Part shown: positions 46,801-59,886 of the stretch, one piece after another
How the letters are laid out: the number at the start of each line of letters is the position of its first letter
How positions within the stretch are numbered: position 1 is the first letter of the stretch
DNA from: Pavona decussata
Taxonomy: Eukaryota
Assembly (NCBI GenBank): GCA_977016875.1
Contig: CDRNST010000085.1
Location: 310,001 to 374,000 of the forward strand
Reading direction: 5' to 3'
DNA: 64,000 nt
Program-made: the position numbers and the translations under genes
Notes under the pieces: model-generated
What the model was told of the DNA's origin: nothing
The model's input: only the letters and a program-made list of their open reading frames with translations
Database searches by the model: none

Positions 46801-48538
46801 GAGGTGAAAAGGGTGTTAACACAATAAGAGTCAAAACCGGCCATGAGATCAAAACTGTATTTACTCCTTTCTTCTCTGCTTAAGACGAAGAGAGCATATC
46901 TGAAGACATTCAGTTGTTGTATATGTGAAGTAACGCCGTCTTTGTTACCAAGTTAGAGCAACTCTAAGAACAATGACGTGCTATCAGTTTTCAAAATGAA
47001 ATAACGGGAAAGAACAAATTTCAACTGAAATTCGTTTGGCAGTATGTCAGCATAAAAGTTGAGTGGAAACACAGTAGAAAATTTTTTAAAACAGAACTCG
47101 GGGGAACCTCCTTGGGCTGTGTAGCAAACACTGTCTTATAATTATAGAGCAATAACGGGGAATTTCTGGCTAAAATAACTTTCACAAATTTGATTGCTCG
47201 CATTTTAGGTTTCTATTGCAGATTCAACAACATTGTATACACCAACACAAGGGGAGACCTCCGTAAAAGTCTGATCTGAATGGCATCACGTTAAAAATTA
47301 AACATGCTCAATAGTTACTGAGGACCAACATATACACGGCAAAATAAACAGTACTTCTACTTGAACAAGCCCGGTTTTATATCAGAGTCGAAGTTGTAAC
47401 ATGTTTTAAAAAATACTTTTAAAAACTTCCTTTGATTAGGGCTACCGAACCGGGTTTCGAGAGTACTGAATTATAGAGTTTTTGTGTTTTTGTAACTTCA
47501 ATTACCTTCTACGAAAGGTCAACGATATCCAACATTAATTCTACTTACAGAAATCAATGCATTACAACGGAACAAGATAACAGAGAGATTTATTAGAATT
47601 ACTGGTTTATGCCAAACGGGAAACGGCAGAAATGACCACGTGACCATGTTTACCCTGCATGCATTTTCAGCTTCTCAGCAAAATTGAGTAGTTTCAGAAT
47701 TATTTTGTACTATTCTCATCTGTGTACTAGTTTATTTCAAGAAAACATAAACGCGAATCTCATGTTTGCCGTACGTTTGCCTCAAGTTTACGCGATTTTA
47801 AATCTCTCTAATGAGGAAAAAAAAAAAAACGTCAAACTGAAGAGCCGGTATTGAGCCGAACGCGGTGGCCTTTGTCAGAGATGAATTTATAGAGCAGAAC
47901 TTTCACGTTAATTTTGTAAGCTGTTTCTTTCTTAGTATATATTTCGCAAGATGTAATGACTGGATTCGTGATTTTTATTAAGTTTCCCACCTAAACAATT
48001 CAGGCATCATGATCTGAATGCAAGAACAAAACGTTTTTTCGCTTCTGTCTCAAAGGGATAATTAGTCTGTCCCTATCTTTTTCTTGTGATTTATGGCTGT
48101 CATGTAAAAAGGCCGATTTTAAATTAACCCAGTTTTGGTCAGGCATTTCGGAGCCAAACACAATGTCACATGAGAGTCATGTAAATATATTATTATTATT
48201 ATAAAGGCAGTGTACACTTCTGGATGCCCAGAACCTAAGCAAACGATAGTTTGGCGGCAAACCGTAGCCAACCTCACGAAGACTAAACCGTAACAACTAA
48301 TTACTAACTTCCAATCAAACCCCTAAATCCTAATGTTTACTTAGAAAAATCATATACACTAAAGCTCTAAAAAAGAATCAAATTATAAAAGCCTAAAATT
48401 ACTTTTGGACTAAAATGCTTTGAAAGTGTCTATCAGAAAATCCAAACTTCTAATGTTTTCTTAAAATGATCCTACGCAATAAGGCCTCAAAATGGATTCA
48501 TGCAATAAAAATATTAAGATATATGGCCTGTTCGCTTT

Positions 48539-48540
<2 letters not shown>

Positions 48541-48591
<51 letters not shown>
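48541..48591. repeat. (ATT)17 microsatellite
   Basis: Perfect trinucleotide run; source of the poly-Ile and poly-Tyr spurious ORFs. Confidence 0.95.
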
Positions 48592-48593
<2 letters not shown>

Positions 48594-49185
48594 AATCCTC
48601 TTTATGCAGTATTTGCCATTGAAAAGAAAGCTATTGAGCGTTACTTTCTTGTGGTGTTATTGAACCTTTTAAACTCATTAAAGGGCTTATACAGGGAAAG
48701 AACATTAAAACTGTTAACTTCAATTTCAACGACGAATTACATTTGATATTTTTTCACGCACTCAGTTCGTTCACTTTAGAATACAACTTAAATGTAGTTC
48801 GAGTCGTAGTGTTGAATGCATACAAGTTCAAATCCACGAAAACGGCCCAACATAACGTTCATTTCTCAACTGAAAACATGACTAAAATATGATTAAAACC
48901 GAGAAAAATTCCTCGAATTACAAGTTCGTCAGTTCTTCCTCGACTAGAGAGATTTAAGCCCACAGCAACAGACCGTCACAAACGTAATTTAGCATAAATG
49001 GCCGTTTGACGTCTTTCGCCTTCGTATAGGTCCGTCACGGTTTTTGAGCCGACAAGTTTCACTTACAGTAATTGAGAAACCTCTCCCGTTGGCATCATTT
49101 CGCTTGAGAGAGATCGACTGCTGAAATAGCACAGTTTCGGCTGGTGCCTTAGACCAAATGAGTTTGTTTTTCACATGCAAAGAGA

Positions 49186-49239
49186 TAGTTTACTAGAGTT
49201 AAAAGTAAGCGCTAGTTTACTAGAGTTAAAAGTAAGCGC
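49186..49239. repeat. Exact 27-bp tandem duplication
   Basis: TAGTTTACTAGAGTTAAAAGTAAGCGC twice. Confidence 0.9.
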
Positions 49240-52200
49240 ACGAGCTCAGCCGTAAAAAATCAAAGTTTTGCTTCCAGTACGCTCTCGTCGACTTTGTTCT
49301 TTGTTTAAGCTAAGGCAAGTTTGCTGAGATTCAAACTCGTTCTAGCGCTTGAGTGTTCATTACACCGAAAATTCGGTGCCAAACAAGACTCGACAGCGTC
49401 CACTTTATCGAATACGATTGAAAATTTGACCAGAATCAAATCGCAAAGAGCGCACTTTTGAGAGTTGACGAGAGTACACAAGAGTTTCACGCCAAAACAG
49501 CGCCAAACGCCGGAGAGCGCTAACTGTCCGCGTCAACTCTCAATGATAAGTGAAGCCATTCGTTTAAAGAGCTTTCTTCAAGTAGCAATCGGTATTTTTA
49601 AACGGCGGCATGTCTCATCCATGTACCAATATTCTTCAAAGAAGCGTTAATTGCAATCTATACTTGTTTGCTAAAGACTTTGACAATAAGAAAATAGATA
49701 GAGTGAAATATTTTTCGATCGACACGCTTTCGTTTCAAAATCCAAACCTATAGCAAATCCAGGCTTCAGCAAGAAGTAAACATTAGTACATTTTTTCAAA
49801 ATTTGTTGACTCCCGTTATATTAGAATATTAAGACGTTTTACATTGCTTGTCCATTACTTAAGGGGAAAAAGCCATTATATGCTATACAAGCTGAGAGGC
49901 GGAGAAGTCGGAAAAAGCACGAGCCTTAAATTGCACGTGCGGTTATTGGCTTTTTGACTGGATGACGACTGTGGTAAGCCAACAAAAAGAAACTGAACCC
50001 GAGAGCTTTTATTCAAAACATCCACTTAGAGCAAATAAATGGAACATTTTCAAATCAAATTGAAAGGAAACATACTGTTTTCTTTCTCAAAATTAACAGC
50101 CCCGGGTTATTTTGACTGAATGTACGTGCCGCGCTAAGTGAACTGAAGGATTATCACTGACTCAACGCGAATCACAGGACTTGCGAACATGCATCGGTCA
50201 CGTACTGACAATTTATCGACTGCTTTCACTGTTTTCAATGTTACAAGTCTTTTGTTTCAAGTAGAGTTGAATAAACGGTCCTTTTCGGGAACTCTTTGTT
50301 CCGTGAACACCTGTAGAAAACACGAACAAGCTCAAAACAGGTGAATTGAAACATCTCAACCAAGGGGTGGGTAAAAGTTTTAAAACTTGTCGAATTTTTC
50401 CGCTTGATGTTTTAAAACGACAAGATATATAATAATAAACTTCCGAACTAGTGAAATTACAAGCTGTATATAGCCGCTTTGACGGATTCTGCCGCTTAAG
50501 CTGTAAGCATATTTGAACCTCTTAGACGTGACCTACTTAACGCACTTGCTTTACGATATTATGATTCCGTATTTAGTATTCATAAGAACGATCTTAGACT
50601 TCGTACACTTTGCGCATGTAACTAAATACGAATGATCGCTTGTTTAACATAGCTGGGTAAGTACAATGTTTTTATGTTTTTGCGAGATTTTCCCACGCTG
50701 TTCGTGGTTCAAATGTTTTAACCATGTTGAGCCACACGAAAGCGTAAAACCGGTACAGTTCCGTGTGTGAACCGACGCATAACCAAACGCTCTTATTATC
50801 AACGGCTCTTAAGAGAGCTCATTGTGTGCGCACGTTTAACGACACTCCATTTAAATAAGAAAAGTGAGTTGAACGTTGTGTTCACCGGAGCGAATCTGAA
50901 AAGACCCCAGAGCGTCGGGGATAAAGACTGGCCTTTTGTTGTATGACAGCTCGAGCAAAATTGCGAGCCTAATGCGCAAACCAGCCAGCATATCGTTAAT
51001 AGGTCGAACGTGTCGTTTTCTTCTGTAGCAACGAAAGCAAGCCAGTTTCTCTTATATCACACCTTGGGTGAAACCTTAGAGACGAACTCTTTTCTTTTGA
51101 AGGTTGTGGGGCGAAGCCGCGATAAAAAGTTCTGCTCGGAGGCGACGCAAATTTCACGGTGTATAAAGAACTCGAAAAGCAAGAATATTGGTCAACCGCT
51201 AGGAAACCCATCAGAAGCCATCAGGTAAAGTACAAATGTCTTTCTTAAAACACCTGCAAGGCACGCGTTTCATTTTGATCTCGTTCTTCATCGCCTCGTC
51301 CTTGCAGGTAGCCCTGTGAAGATTTTTCAAGACTTTTCGCAGGGAAATTTAGCTAGCTCTGCCCACAACACCCTTGTAAACGATCCTAATAATTTCCCAC
51401 TAGTGTTTAAAGACTCACGCTGTTTGTAATAATTTGACGCGAAGGTTACAGATTTTCGTTGCCGTGTGTATGTTTCGTGCGAAGGCAATATGCACGCTTA
51501 TCTACTTTTTAAAACGAAAACTTACTTAGCGAGGTGGCGCTTCGAGTGTTTGCTCAAAGATTTTCGTGTGTTTAAGTGATTGAAGTTTACGTTGGCGTTT
51601 TTTGCGTTTTGCTTCGAAATTATTATTGTTTCTCTGCGGAAGCTGCCCTAATAAGAACCAGCGAGAGTCCAAAAACTTTACTAATGAACTAAACTTTGAT
51701 GCGCGCTTTGCAACGGCGACTAACCCTCGAAGCTGCGATTTCCGAGTTCGTTTTTTCTTTCCCTATACTCGGAAAAAAATTATAACGACCGAGATCATAA
51801 ATATTCCTAGGTTGAATGCATTTCGGAAAGCAACGAGCCGTGGAAACGAAACGAAACACAATAGGAGTTTTAAACAACTTTACTGATTTGTGCTTCCGAT
51901 AAAACGGTTTGAATCAGTCTGTGGTTACAATAATTTTGAGTTAACAATCGTGTCGCGTTCGTGTGGTTGTGCGGAAGGTTAAACATTTGAATTAGAATCA
52001 AGGGTTGAACAGCTCGTAATAAGCGAGACCAAGAGCCGAGGACAACAAATATAAAAGCTGTATTTGTCATTTTAATCGAGGTGTTAGAAAGCCACCACGT
52101 CGCATTTTGTCGTTTTTGAACGATGCGCTTTTTTCGAAATCGTTTTTCTTTTAGACTGTATTTCCAAAATCCAGATTGCTTTGGACTTTCAAACTTTTCT

Positions 52201-55200
52201 CGGTTCATATTCCTTTAAAAGTCTTTCTTTTTAAAGTAACAAAACTTCACGTAAATATACATTGTAACTACCGTCTAATGTTGAAAGTGTTCTTTTATAT
52301 TTTAACATTACATGGGAATAGTTCAAAAGGTTTTAAAGTGTTAACCAAATTCCCATTGCAGCAATACTCACAATCATTTTACTGATATCACTCTTTTTGT
52401 AGAATGATGCGTTGTTTGAATGAAACTAGAGAGAAAAGGCAGTGAAATTTATACACAATGTAAATAAGACAAGATGGGTGACTTTTATTCCAAATGGTTG
52501 AGTCTTCCGATTCAGGAGAAAAGACATTAAAAAGGACTGACGCAAACTCGCGCCTGTTCCAACTCGCTTTAATGAAGCAAGGCTTCATATTAAATTCATA
52601 TTCCGTATGCAGAAAATAACTTGTATATATTGAATGATGAATTCGATATCGTTATCAGGCGCACGCTTTAAATAAATCTACATGCGTTTGTTGATTCATC
52701 GCCGATTTCCTCTCTATCAACCTTTTTACGCCCCATATTTCCTGTTTGCGAGAACTGGAATTTCAAATTCAATTCTGGCGCCGGAACTCCACATTTGTCA
52801 TGATTTGTGCCACGTTTCCTAGACTCCACGGCGAGCGATTGGATTTGTTTTTGATAGTATGGCAAGAAGACAGATGCGACATCCTTTTGGCTTGATTGTG
52901 TACCAGCTGGGAGATATGATGATACATTTTTCAAGACTGAGCTACGTGGGTCATTTTAGAACAATTACAAGCCGCCAGGCATTGAGCTGAATGCGTACTA
53001 GCCGATTGCGATATATATCCTGTTGAATGTCTGCTGAAAAATGGTCTTGAAATCTATAAAAATGGTTTAATTAAAAAAAAAATGCTTAAAATTTGGTACG
53101 GATGTGATTTATTCCTTAATAAGCGTGCCGTAAACGAGCAGAACTGGTCGTGAAATCCAACAAATTTATTCTATTAGCAAACAACAACTTAAGAACTCGG
53201 AAGGCGCTGACGCGAGAGCAAATGCTACATGAAAACGAGGCCTACGCCAAAACGAGGCTTTACAAACACACCATACAAGTATTCTCAGCTCAATTTCCTT
53301 GAGTATAGAGTATTGTTGAGCGCAGATCCAGGCGATTTTAGTGCGAGCTGGCATGTTTCGCTTGCCCTACTATGTCAGCTCTGAGAACTGAATTAGAAAT
53401 CGCTCATATTGCCGCAGTCAAAAATTGGACGAGTAATTGAAGATATCATTTCCTCAGCGGTGGACCTGCACCTTTCAAAAGCGCCTATTTTCACTGGACC
53501 CTGATAACCTGCAGCTGCATTGTTTTGTAGAGCTGGGAGCATTGTTCTGTTGTTCGTTCTTTTGTCGTCTCGACCAGCCATGTAAGACGCCGCAAACTGT
53601 CAAGATTGCCCCTTTCTCAGGGGCTCTCAGCCGTTCGTTTTTGTGAAATCTGTTTGGAAAAAACATTACCCGCTTCAGAAATTCGGATAAAAAAAAAACT
53701 AGGGTTTTCTTTATCAAGAGGTCTCCTAAGACTTTCGCAGCGCTGAAAAACTAATTCCTTTTGTTTTCGGAAGGGCAAATACTTGCTTAAAAGTGCGGAA
53801 CTGAAAGGCGTGTAGTTTGGCGTTACTGACTAGTTCGATACAATTTTCTAGAAACAAAGACAACAAGAAGCCTTCAGCAGAAGAACTGACTTCTCATAAT
53901 TACAACTCAGATATGTTCAAAGTTAAATACATTGTTTCCACAGTTCGTAAATCATCCGACAGTACGACATGAAAGTACTTCTCATTGACGGCCTTGGTCA
54001 CAATGAAGGCTGATTCCATTGATTTAAAGATATTGATGAGCGTTTAATAAAACTACTTTGCACTGCTGGCCAGTAGCCCTCATTTAGATGACCATTCGTG
54101 TTTCTTACACAGGCTAAAAGACTGCCCGAAAGCAGAGCAGTAAGAGAGTATTGCTTACCAGTCACTGAATGCACACTGCACGGCAATCAGTTTGATTCTC
54201 GAAAGAGCTTCATTCGCGGTTTTAAAATCCAAATACATTGGGAGACAACCTTGAAAAGTTCGCTTCAAAATTCAGTTCGAGAAAACCCGATGTTTTATTT
54301 ACTTTGAATAAGCTTCTCTGGCGGGTCAAAATTAAAACTTGTTTTCGCTAAACTTTATTCCTTTTTCCAGTAACAAGAGTATAATGTAATAAAGGCTGTT
54401 TGTGCGTTGGCTTCTCGGACTCGTGAATAGTGGCGTACGCGATCAGCTTCATTGTTTCTCAGGCTCGATCTATTTATATTCTTAATTCAAATCGGCGTCT
54501 TTAGTTAAAAGCCTTTTTAATTTATAATCACTTCATGTTAGAGCTGATCAATGCCATGAACAGAAACAAATGCTTTTTAGCAAACTATAAAGGCGACCCC
54601 TATCTTTATGCTGCTCACGAACTCATATACAAAAAACTAAACATTGTAAAAGTGAACAAAATTGTTTAAAAGTTTTCTCCTCGGGTGGCGCCAAACTGTC
54701 TTAACGCGAAATGATTATCGACTTAATATAATGCTGTGATCTTTTTGGTGTCTCCTTCATGCTGTGTTCACTGTTTTCGATAACTATACTGGAAAATAAT
54801 TATAATGGTCTGATTATTTGGAGTCTTTTTTCCTGCTGGGTTCACTGTTCTAGCCTGAACTATACTTAAAACTGTATTGCGTGGGTTTGTCGCTTTTATG
54901 CAATGTTTATAGTTATATTACTTTCCGCCATGACTTTCGTAAAACTCCAGTGATATTTCATTCTCTTTGGGAATTACATGGATCGAATTTAAACGAACAA
55001 CCTCGCAACTGCGCACACCGTTAAAAAGACAATTCATTCACAGATATCCTTTCATCGAACTTGGCACATATTACATAAACAGCACCGCAGGAAACTACAT
55101 CTTCGAATTTTCCCAGACGTTCTGGTTGTTGACTTACAAAGAAGTGTTCACACTAGGTTTCAATCGCTCTTTAATTAAAACCAGCTTAAATGCGCTGCAC

Positions 55201-55786
55201 TTTGCAAAAGCCAATCACAGCAGAAAGCGTTCACTGATCAATGATGTAATGACATGGCGAAATTAACCGCGTACTGCGCATGTATCTTACAAAAGCAGCT
55301 CGCCAGCAAAGCGAGCTAGAGTTCAGTGTCGACTGAAAGTTTTCGTTTAGATTTTTCACATAGTTAGCTTTTGATTTCATTTCAGACCAGCAGCTCTCCG
55401 GTTGCCTTTGAAGTCTTGACGTTAGATCAACATACAAAAGAAACCTGGCATGTTTTCATTAGATCTGATAAAAAGTTTATTTTCATAGCGTTATCCATGG
55501 CTCGCCCAGTGTTCCTTCCTTCCTTTATGCCGTACGCCCTATTTTATAAAAGCTCGTCGAGCATGTTTCCTTTTAAGCGATTGACTATGTTGTTTCACTC
55601 TCCCGCGCAGTAAAACGTTTTTCCTGTTTTCACGTATTATTATGTCTCGAGTTTTGTGCATTGTCTGTTTGATTCACTTCCGGAAGTCACCACTCCTAAT
55701 TTCCACACCGCTATCAGTGTCTTGTAAATATCGCAGAGTGATCACCTCTAATCCATTAATTGAACTGCTATACGGCACGGAGTAAA

Positions 55787-55880
55787 ATACAGTCGAACCC
55801 CCCGTAAGCGACCACCCATAATGTCAAGGATATGTGGTCGCTTACGGGAGGTGGTCTCTTACCAGAGGTCAGACCACAAA
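55787..55880. mobile_element. Truncated Tc1/mariner-like MITE end
   Basis: TA|CAGTCGAACC start with gtaagcgaccac/gtggtcgcttac subterminal palindrome. No second terminus found. Confidence 0.5.
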
Positions 55881-56975
55881 GGGGAGGGGGGTGGGGGGGG
55901 GGTCTAAATTCCGGGTAATTTACATGATGGTAATTGCAGACACCTAACGGCTTTTGCCATTGCTTATCAAAACCCTAAGTAAAAACTTTTCTTTAGATTA
56001 CCTGATTTAGGACCAAACAGTAAACGACATTTTTGCAATGTTACATTTCAAGCGTAACACATCAACAACTTTGGCGTTTGTATGTTTGTTACATAATCCA
56101 GTTGACGTTCTTTATCGCCACAATTTTTCTGTTGAATAATGCAAGGTTGAGAGAGTCATCACCGGTCGTGCATGTACATGCATGCTATTTACCAGATAAG
56201 AGAGTTTTTTTTCCTATAAGGGATTCTACCTGATTAAAGTTTATTTCAGTGTACCATAGTGCATGTGAGAGAAACATTTGTTCCGGCGGGTTCCGGCAAC
56301 AGTTGGTGTTAGTTTTGTATCAGCTGAGAGTTAACACATGGGCACTCCAAAAGCATGTAAACGCTAAGATTCTTTCACGTGAATTGGCCCTCATCAGACA
56401 CTGGACTTTGCGCTAAGTTTGCCTCAAATCAAAATGGCGGCCAATTTTCCGTGAAAGGCTTATTTGGCGTTATAATTGACCTCCACCGATTGAAAGTTTG
56501 CTATCGGTGGTTGCGCAGGCTCCGCCTCAAGAATTTGCGAGACCACGATCTCGAAAGTCTAGAAAGAAAACATACTTCTGCAAAGTTCCGCTATTTTAAA
56601 AAGTTCGTTTGTGTGTTTGGCGCAAAGCTACAACTTATCTAAATGTGTAAAAATGACTCACCAGCTGGGCTCTGAAAGTGAAAACATTACGACAAGTACA
56701 AACGATAGTCTGCTTTTCTGGAATAGTGTTACGAGGACTTGTCTGCGTGACTTTGAAAACCGAGGGTTAAACTATTTACAAAAGAAAATGATGTCAGCGC
56801 TAAAACCTGTTAAGGCCACCAGGAGACTAAACGCATCCCAGGAAATTTGCATCTCACCGTTTTGATCAGCCAAGTGTCAAGTACGCCCTGCGGCTTGTTT
56901 TGGTGGAAAAACATTTTCGGGTGGTCTAAACTGGTCACCTCGGGTGTCATTTAGATTTAATTATTATCGAACTTC

Positions 56976-57051
56976 TGGCCTCCCGATCCTTCGCAGACGC
57001 TCTTTTGGCTCGTCACGCAATGAGCCACAACAGCGTCTTCGAGGGCGGTTA
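56976..57051. mobile_element. Old degenerate TAGCCT-type hairpin MITE
   Basis: Hairpin cgcagacgct..tggctc / gagcca..agcgtcttcg flanked by direct repeat CGAACTTC (56968-56975 and 57052-57059). Confidence 0.55.
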
Positions 57052-59777
57052 CGAACTTCCTGGTCTCCTCCCAAATGGGAAATGTTAGTGCGTAGTGAAC
57101 AATTTTCAATCATTTCTGTTCAGACGGAGATAGCGGTCCTGAGTTTGAAAAACTTGTGTTTTCATTCTCTAAAACATTGCACATTTCGATTGTCAACGAC
57201 TTCATTCACACAAATACCACTCTGAAAGGCCCTTTTAATCCGCACAGTTTGCAATGTGCAAACTGAAAAAGAAAGGACAAAAAGTTTAGTTGAAGCTTAC
57301 CAGCTGTATATAATCAGAAATCAAACCACTTTGAGCGATTTACTTGGTACTAAAGCCCAAGCAAACATCTTAGTTTGAGCCACATTCGCGCGTTTTTACT
57401 GAAAGACGTTCCGGTGTCACAAGGTGTCATGCAAATCAGCTTGATAAACCAGAATCGCCTTCTGGGAAGGATTTGCTGCCTGGCTATTTAGGCGTGCTAG
57501 AACCGCAAAACTGCTGCATCTAGAAAAGCAGTTCAAGACATGTCTTTACATCTCTGGCCATAAAATATTTATAGCGTCTAATTCACCGTGTGTTAACAGT
57601 GTGAAAGACGCTTATCGTTTTTGATCTGGCGTGAAACGGCGAGCCCCTAACGTGGTAAGAATCGTGAAAGTTTTTCGCAAGTTACGTGAAGGTTTAAGAT
57701 ACCATGATATACGCTGCGGGAAGCAAAATATTTACAGCTCCAGGAAAGCTCGAGCGCTCAAGTTAATTAACAAGAAACAGGTGTAAAAGTAACGAACTAT
57801 AATTGTAAACAGTACAAGAAGAATTTCTAGCTTTTTTCTTAGCTGCCGCAAACAGCTAAAACATTCAAACGTCGGAAATCAAAATATTGTACTTTTGAAC
57901 GTGGAAAGGCACGCTGTTTTGCTTTGTTTGAAACTCAACGGAGTGCAGCATAGGTTTCAAGACACACCTAAATTTTGCTTTGATTACTTGCACGTTGTTG
58001 TGTAAAATTGGCTTAAGCCATGAAAAATATGAAATTTCGGAATCACTCTATTTTTCTAGTTAAACAGTCATTTGAGGAAAGCAAGTTGTATTTGACGTTG
58101 CCGAAAGCGAAAGCAAATTTACCTGTCACTATCTCCTCTATGTTTACAAAATAAATCTTTCCCTTTTAATTTTAGGATTCCACCTTGATATTTCAATTTC
58201 ACCTAGTCGGTTTGTGGTTATATGACCTGGGTTACTTTTTCTAACATATCTACCGGTCAGACATTAAACATTGTCAACCACAGAGTCCGGCTTACAAGTA
58301 TTTGTTCGCGTGCGCTTGTTGACGGATGCGCATGCGTTATTTGAACAGAAAGCGGAAATGCGCCTTTTGCTAATTTAAACAGCTACAGTTTCAAGTACTA
58401 TATCACGTGGGTAGCAAACTATGATAACTTTATTCGTTTACATTATGCTAGAAAAACATTTCCAGTACGATAAAATGTTTTTGAAACCTAGACAACCACG
58501 CCAGTCGATGCAGTCGGAGCTAAAAGAAATAGATTTCTTTCATGACTGTTTTCTTTGCAATGGAGATCTTGTATCATTTTCGTGGAGAATGTCAAAAACT
58601 CCGTTGAAAACGTTAAGTTCTCGGTGATTAATGAAGGGTGAAAAATGCACTGTTTTGCCAGGTGAAAACTGATTCTGTGATGCATATTTTTAAACGCGTT
58701 TTTTAAGGTTGATTTTGTTGTTGATCTGACAAATTGTTGAAAGCACGGTTAAGAAATGTAACTACGAAACGCACAAATAAGAACAATAGTTTTGATTTAA
58801 TTATGACTTTTGTTTTTCCCAGATCTTTATCATATTTAATAATAATAAAAAAAAATCGAGGACACTAATTTTCATACCTTTTAGCTCTTTCAGATTTTAC
58901 CGAATTTGCAAGTTTACTTTGAAGTTTGTTTGTACGTAGCTTCTTTTTTTATTTTACAGTAAGCACAATCTTTTTTTCTTTACAGTAAACAGTAGTGACC
59001 CGGTGATTGTTTTATATCCGGTCTTCGTGACATAATTAAATCTCGCTTGGATCAAATTAAACGGGTAGATCGCAGATAAAAAGACACAATTCAATTTACT
59101 CAAGGGAGTAGGGGCACAATTCAAGCGAAGATTACCAAATAAGATTTCTACCCGAGTACAATTGAAACAGGCCGCACGTAATTAATTTTGCACTTTGAAA
59201 AGTAAACTTTGGCTGGGCCTTGCGTCCATTTAGACGCGAAGTGTTTGCTTTTTGACGCGAAACACAATCGCAGCCCTATACATCACTAACAATGAATTGT
59301 TGACAATTTGCAAACACTCGCAGCCTGAGAAGTGGCGCCGAATCGCCTTTCAATCAAATCAGCTCAACTTTTGCATAGCTAATGCGGCGTGTTTATTAAG
59401 TGGCACAGACGCGCCGAAAAAAACATGAGCGTTGCTTCGTTTATCGGCTGACCGTCGATCAAACGTGAAATCCCCGCGGGATAAAGGTACCGTGCTTTAA
59501 TGTACGACGCTGGGCTGAATATGAAAGACCGGTCGAAAAGTGCGGTTGCGCCTTTTTAAATGCCGAATTCCTTGCGAGGACGTTTCGCAGCTAAGGAAAC
59601 AGCACTTGTAATCGGCAATCATTTTGACCCACAACCGGATCATGGGGCAAGACTTAAAAACATCTGCCAATTTGACAGAGTCGGATTTGGTTCCCTTTAA
59701 GTAATGACATTGCGGTCAAGCGCTACAAGGTTTGGTATGGCTCTAAAACCGCACATTTGATTTTGTACTTTTGGCAG

Positions 59778-59886
59778 GAATCTTTGAATGCATTTAACAG
59801 CATACCAGGCCCTGAGACTCTCTTTACGGGGGAACAAAGCACCGCAAGCTGGACTGTGAAACCGGGAGCTGTCATTTCAAAGTTCG
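59778..59886 (+). other. Isolated candidate internal exon
   Basis: Acceptor ttttgtacttttggcag and donor CG|GTAAGT bound 109 nt that are open in one frame (ESLNAFNSIPGPETLFTGEQSTASWTVKPGAVISKF). No family recognised. Confidence 0.3.

Noticed and set aside
48466-48746. Poly-Ile / poly-Tyr ORFs
   Set aside because: Translations of an (ATT)n microsatellite.
50804-50820. Histone 3' stem-loop-like GGCTCTTAAGAGAGCTC
   Set aside because: Does not fit the 6-bp stem/4-nt loop consensus and there is no histone ORF nearby.
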